The notes under the pieces are model-generated. The model did no database searches. It was not told where the DNA came from and saw only the letters and a list, made by a program, of their open reading frames with translations. A program made the position numbers and the translations under genes. A stretch of DNA of 64,000 nucleotides from an uncultured Candidatus Rokubacteria bacterium (lineage in GTDB: Bacteria > Methylomirabilota > Methylomirabilia > Rokubacteriales > DASRDR01): assembly GCA_963805625.1 (NCBI GenBank), contig CAWDVE010000010.1:1344001-1408000 (forward strand), written 5' to 3'. Within the stretch, counting starts at the first letter, position 1. Each line of letters starts with the position of its first letter. Shown here one piece after another: positions 38,949-47,769 of this stretch.

Positions 38949-40631
38949 ATGTACGACCGGGAAGCGATCGAGCGGATTCGGCGAATGCGTCAGACGTGGG
39001 AGACTGGCGAGCTGCGCCAGTTCGTCGAGCGTCAGCCCGAATCCCGGACTGAGTACAGGACCGCCTCGGGACTTCCACGTCAGCGCGTCTACACCCCGGA
39101 GGACGTCGCCGACACGCCGTTTGAGGAGATCGGCCTGCCCGGCCGGTACCCGTTCACGCGCGGCCCCTATCCCACGATGTACCGCGGCCGGCTGTGGACG
39201 ATGCGCCAGATCGCGGGCTACGGGACCGGGGCCGACACGAACGCGCGGTTCCGCTACCTGATCGGACAGGGCCAGACGGGACTCTCCGTCGACTTCGACA
39301 TGCCTACCCTGATGGGCTACGACTCCGACGACCCCCGGTCGCTCGGCGAGGTCGGGCGCGAGGGGGTCGCGGTCGACACGCTCGACGACGTCGCCGCCCT
39401 CTTCGACGGGATCGATCTCGAGCGGATCTCGGTGTCGATGACGATCAACCCGACCGCGTGGATCCTCCTCGCGATGTACGTGGCGCTCGCCGAGTCACGC
39501 GGTCTCGATCTCAACCGCCTCTCCGGCACAGTCCAGGCCGACATCCTGAAGGAGTACGTCGCCCAGAAGGAGTGGATCTTCCCCATCCGGCCGTCGATGC
39601 GCCTGATGCGGGACATGATCGCGTTCGGCGCGGAGCACATGGCGCGCTACAATCCGGTCAACATCAGCGGCTACCACATCTCGGAGGCCGGGGCGAATGC
39701 CGTCCAGGAGGTGGCCTTCACGATGGCGAACGGCATCGCCTACGTGGAGGAGGTCACGCGGGCGGGCGTACCGGTCGACGCCTTCGCGTCCCGCCTGGCC
39801 TTCTACTTCATCGCGCAGGCGGACTTCTTCGAGGAGGCGGCCAAGTTCCGCGCCGCGCGGCGGATCTGGGCGAAGATCATGCGCGAGCGGTTCGGCGCCC
39901 GGCGGCCCGAGTCCATGCGCCTCCGGTTCCACTGCCAGACGGCGGCGGCGACCCTCACCAAGGCGCAGCCCATGGTCAACGTGGTGCGGACCGCCTTCCA
40001 GGCGCTCTCCGCCGTCCTCGGTGGGGCGCAGTCGCTCCACACCAACGGGCTCGACGAGGCCTACGCGATCCCGTCGGAGGAGGCGATGAAGCTCGCCCTC
40101 CGCACCCAGCAGGTCGTCGCCGAGGAGACCGGGGTGCCCGAGGTCATCGACCCGCTCGGAGGCTCCTACTACGTGGAGTCGCTCACGAACCGGATCGAGG
40201 CCGAGGTCCTGGCGATCCTCCGCAAGGTCGACGCCATGGGTGGGACGATCCGCGCGATCGAGGAGGGTTACTTCCAGCGCGAGATCGCGGACAACGCCTA
40301 CGAGATCGCCCGGCGCAAGGCCTCGGGCGAGCAGCCCGTCATCGGCGTCAACACCCACGTGGAACCGTTCGAGCCACCCCCGATCCCTATCCACCGGGTG
40401 GACGCGGCCGTCGAGGCGCGTCAGGTCGCGGCCGTCCGGGCCGTGCGCGCGCGCCGCGATGGGCCGCGCGTCGCCGCGCTCCTCGACCGGCTGGCCGCCG
40501 AGGCCGGCGACCCCGCCGTCAACCTCATGCCGACCACGATCGAGCTGGTAAAGGCCCGGGCCACGCTCGGGGAGATCGTCGCGCGCCTCCGCGGCGTCTT
40601 CGGGCGCTACGTCGAGCGGCCGATCTTCTGA
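38949..40631 (+). CDS. hcmA: Acyl-CoA mutase large subunit with 2-hydroxyisobutyryl-CoA mutase signature
   Basis: WTMRQIAG (Ile where MCM has Tyr), LSVDFD (Asp), SGYHI, SLHTN. Confidence 0.85.
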   Translation: MYDREAIERIRRMRQTWETGELRQFVERQPESRTEYRTASGLPRQRVYTPEDVADTPFEEIGLPGRYPFTRGPYPTMYRGRLWTMRQIAGYGTGADTNARFRYLIGQGQTGLSVDFDMPTLMGYDSDDPRSLGEVGREGVAVDTLDDVAALFDGIDLERISVSMTINPTAWILLAMYVALAESRGLDLNRLSGTVQADILKEYVAQKEWIFPIRPSMRLMRDMIAFGAEHMARYNPVNISGYHISEAGANAVQEVAFTMANGIAYVEEVTRAGVPVDAFASRLAFYFIAQADFFEEAAKFRAARRIWAKIMRERFGARRPESMRLRFHCQTAAATLTKAQPMVNVVRTAFQALSAVLGGAQSLHTNGLDEAYAIPSEEAMKLALRTQQVVAEETGVPEVIDPLGGSYYVESLTNRIEAEVLAILRKVDAMGGTIRAIEEGYFQREIADNAYEIARRKASGEQPVIGVNTHVEPFEPPPIPIHRVDAAVEARQVAAVRAVRARRDGPRVAALLDRLAAEAGDPAVNLMPTTIELVKARATLGEIVARLRGVFGRYVERPIF

Positions 40632-40643
40632 GGGAGGATTGCC

Positions 40644-41003
40644 ATGAAGCTCCTCATCAAGAGCGCGTGGGGCTCCGACGATCCGACGAAGGCGGCCTTC
40701 CCGTTCCTGCATGCCAACGCGTTTGCGGAAGCCGGCCACGAGGTCCAGATCTTCCTTCTCGGCGAGGGAGTCTCACTGATGCGCACACCGGTGGCGAACG
40801 CCGTGGTGCCGGTCGGGTGGCCGCCGCTCGCCGAGATCGTGAGCAAGACGCACGCGCTCAAGGTTCCCATCCACGTCTGAACGGCTTGCTCCAGGGCCCG
40901 TGGGGTCCTGGACGCGGATCTCGACGGCAAGAACGCCACGTTCGCGGTGCCGCCGACGCTCGTGGCCCTCACGGAGTGGGCCGACAAGATCCTGAGCGAG
41001 TGA
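40644..41003 (+). CDS. DsrE-family selenoprotein (119 aa, UxxC); UGA at 40878-40880 read as Sec
   Basis: DsrE fold (V.IFLLGEGV) continues past TGA as TACSRARGV...LTEWADKILSE; SECIS-like hairpin follows. Confidence 0.85.
40890..40912 (+). promoter_or_regulatory. Bacterial SECIS-like stem-loop
   Basis: TCCAGGGCCC-GTG-GGGTCCTGGA; 10-bp stem with one G-U pair; G-led loop 19 nt after UGA. Confidence 0.75.
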
Positions 41004-41048
41004 CCGCAGGGTCCGCGGGGCCGGTCAGCAGACCCTGAGAGCTACTCG

Positions 41049-41340
41049 CTAGGAATTCGCGATTCCCGCCATGCTTGCGAACGCCGTCGGCCGCTGGCCC
41101 ATCGCTAGGCGTCCCGTGAAGCCGGAGCCGATGCCGATGTTGACGCGACCGGGCGCGAGAGCAACGAGACCGGCCACAGCCGCCGCGGTCACGAGTACAT
41201 GCCGCAGGCTCGAAATGAGCATGCCGGTGCTCAGCACGATGCGCCGTGTACGCTCAGCGGCGCGCGCCAGGGTCATCCACACGTCGAGTTGCAGCGCCGG
41301 CGTGTCATAGACCCACGCCCGTCGGTAGCCCAGCGATGAC
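41049..41340 (-). pseudogene. N-terminal fragment of an LLM-class oxidoreductase
   Basis: LGYRRAWVYD, LARAAERT.RI, APGRVNIGIGSG; ends after ~90 aa. Confidence 0.7.
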
Positions 41341-41364
41341 GCAACCACAGGGATTCGGGCCCGA

Positions 41365-42168
41365 TCAGCGCGCGAACGTCGCACGGACCTCGCCCAGGCC
41401 CTCGATCGCGACCGTCACCTCGTCCCCGGATTCGACCCAGCGCGTCTCCACGACGCTCCCCAGCAGGGCGAACTCGCCCGCGCGAAGTCCGAGGCCGAGC
41501 CGGGCCCGGAGATTGGCAAGCCAGGCCAGCGCCTCGAACGGATGTCCCATGACGGCCCGGCCCTCCCCTCGTCCGACCTCGGCGCCGTTCAGCCGCGTCA
41601 CGCCCGTCAGCGCCGGCAGGTCGAGGTCCCGCCAGTGGATGACCGGCGGCCCGAGGACACAGCCAGCGTTGAAGAAGTCGTCGGCGATCAGCGTGGGAAC
41701 GTCGAGCGTCCGGTAGTCCCGGTAGCGGTCGTCGACGATCTCCATCGCGGCGAGCACCGCCTCCACGGCCGCCGCGACCCGCACCCGGTCGAAGGGTGCG
41801 CTCGCGGGGCCGAGATCCGCCCCGAGCCGGACCGCGATCTCGCACTCCACGCCGACCCTGACGTAGTCACGGTGACGGACGCGCGTGTGGCCCTCGTGGA
41901 CCGTGCTCGCGTGCACACCACCGGCACAAGGATTCTTGATTCCCAGATACGCCTGCATGACGGGCGTCGTGCAGCCGATCTTGTGGCCGGCGACGGATCC
42001 CAGCCCGGCGCCGGCGAGGAGCTCGTGGAGCACGTCCTGCACGGCGTACCCGTCGGGCTCGTCCCGCGGTCGGCAGTCCGACGGCAGCGGATCGATGGGC
42101 GTCCGCGCGAGGCGCTGGTCGCGAAGCAGCACGGCGGCACGGCGGTGACGGTCAGCTACCGCGTCCAT
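41365..42168 (-). CDS. 2-keto-4-pentenoate hydratase / FAH family protein
   Basis: GHKIG.T, VECEIA, EIVDDR, IADD, MGHP..ALAWLAN. Confidence 0.88.
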   Translation of the reverse strand: MDAVADRHRRAAVLLRDQRLARTPIDPLPSDCRPRDEPDGYAVQDVLHELLAGAGLGSVAGHKIGCTTPVMQAYLGIKNPCAGGVHASTVHEGHTRVRHRDYVRVGVECEIAVRLGADLGPASAPFDRVRVAAAVEAVLAAMEIVDDRYRDYRTLDVPTLIADDFFNAGCVLGPPVIHWRDLDLPALTGVTRLNGAEVGRGEGRAVMGHPFEALAWLANLRARLGLGLRAGEFALLGSVVETRWVESGDEVTVAIEGLGEVRATFAR

Positions 42169-42195
42169 GGCGTCTCCGTTTGGGTGCCGACGGCC

Positions 42196-43305
42196 TCAGG
42201 AGCCGCTGGTCGGATCGCGCGGGATCAGGGGCTCGAGTCGCGCGCGCAGCCGGTCGAGCTCAGCTCGGTCGTCCGCCCGAAGGGTCACGTGGCCGAGCTT
42301 CCGGCCGGGGCGAGGGGTCTTGCCGTAGAGATGGAGATGCGCGCCCGGAATCGCGAGGACCGTCGCCGGGTCCGGGAGCGCGCCGATCAGGTTCAGCATC
42401 GCGCTCATGCCTCGCGCCGCCGGCTTGCCGAGGGGGAGGCCCGCGACCGCTCGCAGGTGGTTTTCGAACTGGCTCGTCTCCGCACCCTCGATCGTCCAGT
42501 GCCCCGAGTTGTGGACACGCGGTGCCATCTCGTTGGCGAGGAGCTGGTCACCGACCTGGAACAGCTCGATCGCGAGAACGCCCACGTAGTCGAGCGTCTC
42601 GAGGACCCGGCGCGCGTGCTCCTCGGCCCGGGCCTGGAGCGTGGGGGCGACGCCGGACGCGGGTGCCAGGCTCCGCCTGAGGATGCCGCCCGCGTGAAGG
42701 TTCTCGACGAGGGGATAGCAGGCAGTCGCACCATCCTGTCCCCGGACGGCGAGGATCGAGAGCTCGCGGTCGAAGCGCACGAAACTCTCGAGGACCAGGG
42801 GTGCGTGGCCCAGCGCCGCCCACGCCCGCCCGACGTCAACCGGCACCTGGATGACGTGCTGTCCCTTGCCGTCGTAGCCGAGTCGCCGGGTCTTGAGCAC
42901 AGCGGGGCACCCCAGCTCCGCAACGGCGCGGTCGAGCTCGGCAAGGCTTGCCACGGGACGCCACGGCGCCACGGGGACGCCGGCCGACTCGAGGAAGCGC
43001 TTCTCGGTGAGCCGGTCCTGCGACACCTCGAGCGCCTGCGGCGGAGGAAACACGCGGCTCCGCGCCGCGAGTCGCCGCGCGGAGCCGACGGGCACGTTCT
43101 CGAACTCGTAGGTGACGAGCGTGAGCCCGTCCGCGAAGCGGTCGAGCGCCGCCGGGTCGTCGTACGCGCCCACGACCAGCTCGCCACCTCGGCCGGCCGG
43201 GGCCTCCGCTGAGGGGTCGAGGAAACGGCAGCGGATGCCGAGCGGATCGCCGGCGCGAGCCAGCATCCAGCCGAGCTGGCCTCCGCCGAGGACGCCGACC
43301 CTCAC
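42196..43305 (-). CDS. purK: N5-CAIR synthase
   Basis: [33 protein letters not shown]. Confidence 0.95.
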   Translation of the reverse strand: MRVGVLGGGQLGWMLARAGDPLGIRCRFLDPSAEAPAGRGGELVVGAYDDPAALDRFADGLTLVTYEFENVPVGSARRLAARSRVFPPPQALEVSQDRLTEKRFLESAGVPVAPWRPVASLAELDRAVAELGCPAVLKTRRLGYDGKGQHVIQVPVDVGRAWAALGHAPLVLESFVRFDRELSILAVRGQDGATACYPLVENLHAGGILRRSLAPASGVAPTLQARAEEHARRVLETLDYVGVLAIELFQVGDQLLANEMAPRVHNSGHWTIEGAETSQFENHLRAVAGLPLGKPAARGMSAMLNLIGALPDPATVLAIPGAHLHLYGKTPRPGRKLGHVTLRADDRAELDRLRARLEPLIPRDPTSGS

Positions 43306-43853
43306 GGACGCGGCGGAGCGACCGGAGGCGCCGGAGCCAGGCGCGGATCCGGAGCGTCGAGCACCGCGCGCGTCTGCCGGATACGGAAGCGCTCGACCGC
43401 CTCCCGGAAGCGCGGGTACTTCGTGCCCAGGATGGCCGCCGCCAGCAGCGCGGCGTTGACCGCGCCGGCCCGACCGATGGCGAGTGTTCCCACCGGGACG
43501 CCCGCCGGCATCTGGACGATGGAGAGCAGCGAGTCCAGCCCGTTCAGCGTGCGCGACTCGACAGGCACGCCGAGCACGGGCAAGGGCGTCTTCGCGGCGG
43601 TCATGCCCGGCAGGTGCGCCGCGCCGCCGGCCGCGGCAATGATGACCCCGAGGCCGCGCCGCGCGGCCGAGTCCGCGTACTCGAAAAGCAGATCGGGCGT
43701 CCGGTGGGCGGAGACGATGCGGACCTCGTAGGGAACGCCCAGCAGCTCGAGGGTGGCGACGGCGTGCGTCATCGTCTCCCAGTCGGACCGGGAGCCCATG
43801 ATCACACCGACCAGAGGGCGCGCGTGGCCGCGCTTCTTCGCTACTGGGGGCAT
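43302..43853 (-). CDS. purE: N5-CAIR mutase
   Basis: [26 protein letters not shown]. Confidence 0.95.
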   Translation of the reverse strand: MPPVAKKRGHARPLVGVIMGSRSDWETMTHAVATLELLGVPYEVRIVSAHRTPDLLFEYADSAARRGLGVIIAAAGGAAHLPGMTAAKTPLPVLGVPVESRTLNGLDSLLSIVQMPAGVPVGTLAIGRAGAVNAALLAAAILGTKYPRFREAVERFRIRQTRAVLDAPDPRLAPAPPVAPPRP

Positions 43854-43884
43854 CGGAGCGCTCCGCGCCGTAGTATAGCGCGGG

Positions 43885-44745
43885 ATGGGGCTCCTCCTGA
43901 TCGTCGTCGCCGCCATGACCTGGGGCACGACCGGAGCGACGATGAAGCTCGTCGCCGCCGGATCGCCCATGTCGCCACTCGTGGTGGGCTTCCTGCGCGT
44001 CGCCATCGCGGCTCCGTGTCTCTGCCTGGCCGCGCGATGGCTCGGCGGCCCGATCCGGCTTCCGGACCCTGGCGACCGCGGGCGACTGCTCGTGGCGGGG
44101 TTCGCGATGGGAGCCTTCCAGGCCTGCTACTTCTGGGGGGTGGCGAAGACCTCGGTCGCGGTCGGATCCCTGATCGCGATCTGCAGCGCCCCACTCCTCA
44201 TCACGGTGCTGGCGACCCTGTTCCTCGGTGAGCGGATCGAAGGCCGCACGTGGGCGGCCCTGCTGGCAGGAACCACGGGAGCCGCCCTGCTCTCGGCCGG
44301 ACCTCACGAGTTCTCGCAGCCCCCGCCAGGCTTCCTCGGGGGGGTGGCGCTAGCGCTCGGCGCGGGCCTCTCGTACGCCGCCTACGCCGTCGCCGTGAAG
44401 AGCCTCGTTCATCGCGCGCCGCCACTGACCATCGCGGCGCTGACCTTCTCGATCGCGGCCCTCACGCTTCTCCCCGTGCTCCTCGTGGAGTGGCCGAAGG
44501 CCGACGCGCGCGGATGGGCCCTTCTCGCCTATCTCGGGCTGGTGCCGACCGCCGTCGCGTACATGCTCTACGTGGTCGGGCTGCGGACGACGCGGGTGAC
44601 CGTGTCCGGCGTGCTCACGCTGGTGGAGCCCCTAACGGCGACGCTCCTCGGGGTCCTGTTCTTCGGCGACCGGCTCGGTCTTGGGGGCGCCGTCGGCGCC
44701 GCACTGCTGCTCTCAGCGGTGATGGGGCTCACGACCCGGCGCTGA
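43885..44745 (+). CDS. EamA/DMT family transporter
   Basis: 10 TM segments, duplicated EamA pattern (FLGERI, EPL.A). Confidence 0.9.
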   Translation: MGLLLIVVAAMTWGTTGATMKLVAAGSPMSPLVVGFLRVAIAAPCLCLAARWLGGPIRLPDPGDRGRLLVAGFAMGAFQACYFWGVAKTSVAVGSLIAICSAPLLITVLATLFLGERIEGRTWAALLAGTTGAALLSAGPHEFSQPPPGFLGGVALALGAGLSYAAYAVAVKSLVHRAPPLTIAALTFSIAALTLLPVLLVEWPKADARGWALLAYLGLVPTAVAYMLYVVGLRTTRVTVSGVLTLVEPLTATLLGVLFFGDRLGLGGAVGAALLLSAVMGLTTRR

Positions 44746-45943
44746 CGGGCACGACAGCCTCCACGGGCGGGAAGCGGCACGTCTCCGGGACCGCGCTCGC
44801 CGCGCCCGTCTCCACGAGGCGGGCGACGTCGAGGCGCAGCTCCGCGGCCTCCACGACATCCGCGCTCGCGCGCGTCTCGGGGTGCTTCGGCACGAAGAGG
44901 GTGCAGCAGTCCTGGTCTGGCTCGATGGAGGTCTCGTAGGTCCCGATTGCGCGCGCCTCGCGGATGATCTCCTCCTTGTCGGTCCCGATGAGCGGCCGGA
45001 GGATCGGCATCCCGACGACCTCCGTGGTCCGCGCGATGTTCTCGAGCGTCTGCGACGCGACCTGACCGAGGCTCTCGCCGGTGACCAGGGCCAGGGCGCC
45101 GGTCTTCCGGGCGATCGCCTCGGCGATCCGCGCCATGAAGCGCCGATAGACTACGACGCGAAGTGGGGCGGGCACGCCGAGCACCACCTCCCGCTGGATC
45201 TCGCCGAACGGCACCAGCCAGAGCCGGGCGGTGAACTGGTGCCGCACGAGGCGCTCCACCAGCGTCCGCGCCTTTCGCTGTGAGGCGTCGGACAGGTACG
45301 GAACGGAGTGGAAGTGCACGAACTCGACCTCACAGCCCCGCTTCTGTAGACGGCAGGCCGCCACCGGCGAGTCGATCCCCCCCGACAGGAGCGCCACTAC
45401 GCGCCCGGACACACCCACGGGGAGGCCGCCGGGTCCCGCCACGCGGTCGACGAACACGAGCGCCTCTCCGGGCAGAAGATCCACCCTCACGGTGAGGGCC
45501 GGCTCGGTCAGGTTCACGCGCGTCGGAAAGTGCCGGAGGACGAGGTCGCCCAGCTCCCGGTTGACCTGGTCCGACGGCATCGGAAAGACCTTGAAGGTTC
45601 GGCGCGCGGTGATCCGGAACGACTCGAAGCTCCGCCCCTCGAGGAGCTGGAGCACGGCCGCCTGCACGGCCGGCCAGTCGGGCAGGAGCGAGAGCCCCAG
45701 CGCGAAGTACGCGATCCCGAATACCGTGGCGACCCGCTCTCGTATCCGCGGGAGATCGGCGTCCGGCTGGAGATCCATGACCAGGCGGCCCGGGAGGCGC
45801 CGGACACCCCGCACGCCGCATCCGGCCGTCGCCTGGAGAAGATTCCGCCCGAGCCGGCGAAGGAACAGGGGTCGATTGCCGCCCTTGAGGCTGATCTCGT
45901 GGTAATGGACGACCACGCACGCGAACGGCCGCCTGCCGGGCAC
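44729..45943 (-). CDS. thiI: tRNA 4-thiouridine synthase (no rhodanese domain)
   Basis: EISLKGGNR, THUMP domain, SGGIDS, GESLGQVASQT, DCC. Confidence 0.93.
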   Translation of the reverse strand: MPGRRPFACVVVHYHEISLKGGNRPLFLRRLGRNLLQATAGCGVRGVRRLPGRLVMDLQPDADLPRIRERVATVFGIAYFALGLSLLPDWPAVQAAVLQLLEGRSFESFRITARRTFKVFPMPSDQVNRELGDLVLRHFPTRVNLTEPALTVRVDLLPGEALVFVDRVAGPGGLPVGVSGRVVALLSGGIDSPVAACRLQKRGCEVEFVHFHSVPYLSDASQRKARTLVERLVRHQFTARLWLVPFGEIQREVVLGVPAPLRVVVYRRFMARIAEAIARKTGALALVTGESLGQVASQTLENIARTTEVVGMPILRPLIGTDKEEIIREARAIGTYETSIEPDQDCCTLFVPKHPETRASADVVEAAELRLDVARLVETGAASAVPETCRFPPVEAVVPVSAGS

Positions 45944-45946
45944 GCG

Positions 45947-46081
45947 CTACAGCTCCCGCTCGGGCCCGCCGCGGTGCTTGGGGCGGCGCCGGTAGACGGT
46001 CGGGGGAATCTCGACCTTGGGCGGCTTCCGAGGCATCGGCTTCCGGGGCCGCGCCGGCCGGGGCGCCCTCTTCTTCGGCAC
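45947..46081 (-). CDS. Small basic protein (44 aa), below the ORF-track cutoff
   Basis: GTG-PKKRAPRPARPRKPMPRKPPKVEIPPTVYRRRPKHRGGPEREL-TAG; fills the gap between two same-strand genes; GAGG upstream. Confidence 0.55.
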   Translation of the reverse strand: MPKKRAPRPARPRKPMPRKPPKVEIPPTVYRRRPKHRGGPEREL

Positions 46082-46087
46082 GGAGCC

Positions 46088-46960
46088 TCAGTACTCCGCG
46101 CCGGGGAACGTCGACACGCTCGCGTGACGTCCCGACGGTCGGTACATCTTCACCCCGCCCCATGCCACGCCGTCGAGGGCGCCCAGGATACCGTCGTGGA
46201 TGGCCCAGCTGCGGCCCCGGATCGTGCGGTCGAATCCGGGCCGACGGAACGCGGTGGACCCGTCGAGCGCCCGATGGAGCCGCCCTCCTGGCCGGAACTC
46301 GCGGTCGATCGTCTCCATGAGGTCACGGCCGAGGAGATAGTCGCAGCCGTGCCGCTCGTAGAGGAGGGCGGAGTGATAGAAGAGCGGCTCCACGAGGAAC
46401 AGCTCCTTGCCGAAGAGCCGGCAGAAGTCGTCCATGGCGTCCAGCACCCGCCCGAGGAGCCTCAGCCCCGGCCTCACCTGCCCGGGCGCGAGCCCGGCCA
46501 CGACGGCGCGGCGCTCCTCGGCGAGATTCCGGGTCATCGTGCCGAAGAGCGTGTCCTGACCTTCCTCGTCCCGGTCGATCCCGAAGCGCTCGGAACCCGG
46601 ATCGGTGATCTGGACGAAGGAGAGCTCCGGAACTCCGAACGGCCCGACCTCGACGTCCACCAGCACGAGCGGATCGCGGTCGTCGCGCGATGCCCGGAGC
46701 TCGACCCGTGCCCAGCTCTGCTCTGGCGGGGCGAAGATGCGGAGGAGGCGATGGCCCGCCCCGTTGATCCCGGTCGCCGGGTCGACGCCGAATCGGGCGC
46801 AGACCTCGGCCGGAATGAGCCGCCCGTAGAAAGCCTCGCGGAGCGGCGCCGGCAGCCCGTTCAGCTCCTGGAGGGAGCCGAGCCCAAGGGCGTCGACGCG
46901 CGCCTGCCTCAACCGACCGTCCTGTCCCCACTCGGCGCGGAAGGAGACGACCCCCCCGCG
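46088..46960 (-). CDS. Conserved-looking hypothetical protein (possibly acetyltransferase-like); start uncertain
   Basis: RFGIDRD..G.DTLFGT..RN..EE....AGLAPGQVR.GLR, EPLFYH, RSWAIHDGIL; good codon bias. Confidence 0.65.
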   Translation of the reverse strand, partial: RGGVVSFRAEWGQDGRLRQARVDALGLGSLQELNGLPAPLREAFYGRLIPAEVCARFGVDPATGINGAGHRLLRIFAPPEQSWARVELRASRDDRDPLVLVDVEVGPFGVPELSFVQITDPGSERFGIDRDEEGQDTLFGTMTRNLAEERRAVVAGLAPGQVRPGLRLLGRVLDAMDDFCRLFGKELFLVEPLFYHSALLYERHGCDYLLGRDLMETIDREFRPGGRLHRALDGSTAFRRPGFDRTIRGRSWAIHDGILGALDGVAWGGVKMYRPSGRHASVSTFPGAEY

Positions 46961-47565
46961 GCTCCGGCCGGTTTCCGACCCCAGAGGGCGCGGGCACGCG
47001 CGAGATCCTCCGGGGTGTTGAGGTTCATGAACGCGACGTCCGGATCGACGAACCGCGCGACGACATCTGCCGGGACGCGAACGACCCGGACGTCGTCGAA
47101 GAAGCCGACGATCCTGAGCTGGCCTGCCAGAAGGCGCCGCTCCATCGCGGGGAGGCACGACTTGCCGTAGACGGCGTGGAGCGTCTGGAGCTCGCCGCCG
47201 GCGTCGGGAATCACGACGTCGGCCTCGGCTGCGCCTCCGGCAAGGTACGCCACGAGCGGAGCCGAGAGGAAGGGCATGTCACAGGCCACACAGAGCGCGG
47301 CGTCGCCCGAGGCAGCCCGGAGGCCGGAGTAGATCCCTCCCAGCGACCCTCCCTCCGGGAAGACGTCACCCACCATCGGAAGGCCGAGAGACCCGTAGAG
47401 CTCGGGGGTATTCGTGACGACCAGACAATCCGGCAAGACCGATCGCAACGTCTCCGCTATATGCTCGATCAGTGGGCGACCGCCGAACGGAAGGAGCGCC
47501 TTCGGGGACCCGCCCATCCGCCGGCTCCGACCGCCCGCGAGGATCACGCCGCTCACGCGGGGCAT
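46909..47565 (-). CDS. mobA: Molybdenum cofactor guanylyltransferase
   Basis: LAGGRSRRMG, ACDMP, NLNTPED. Confidence 0.92.
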   Translation of the reverse strand: MPRVSGVILAGGRSRRMGGSPKALLPFGGRPLIEHIAETLRSVLPDCLVVTNTPELYGSLGLPMVGDVFPEGGSLGGIYSGLRAASGDAALCVACDMPFLSAPLVAYLAGGAAEADVVIPDAGGELQTLHAVYGKSCLPAMERRLLAGQLRIVGFFDDVRVVRVPADVVARFVDPDVAFMNLNTPEDLARARALWGRKPAGAAGGSSPSAPSGDRTVG

Positions 47566-47769
47566 CACTGGAACCGCACGCATGATAGCACCGGCCTGTC
47601 GGCCAGTCCCAGATTCTCCGACGGTCGCACGAAGTGGCAGGTGCGCCAATCCACGCTGTTGCGCAACAGCGGCCCGTCTACCCTCCGCTGAACGGCACCG
47701 CCCTCATCGAGGGCGCTGGCCGCACCGACCTGGTGAGGGTGGACAGCCGGCTGTCCCTGGCGGCCCGTC

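Noticed and set aside
38949-40631. Plain methylmalonyl-CoA mutase call
   Set aside because: It has Ile and Asp at the specificity positions instead of the MCM Tyr and Ala
40644-40880. Truncated 78-aa DsrE pseudogene
   Set aside because: The TGA falls on the catalytic Cys position, the downstream frame is intact and a SECIS-like hairpin follows
42196-44307. 703-aa extended PurK
   Set aside because: The extension overlaps purE and the EamA gene; PurK homology begins at GTG 43305
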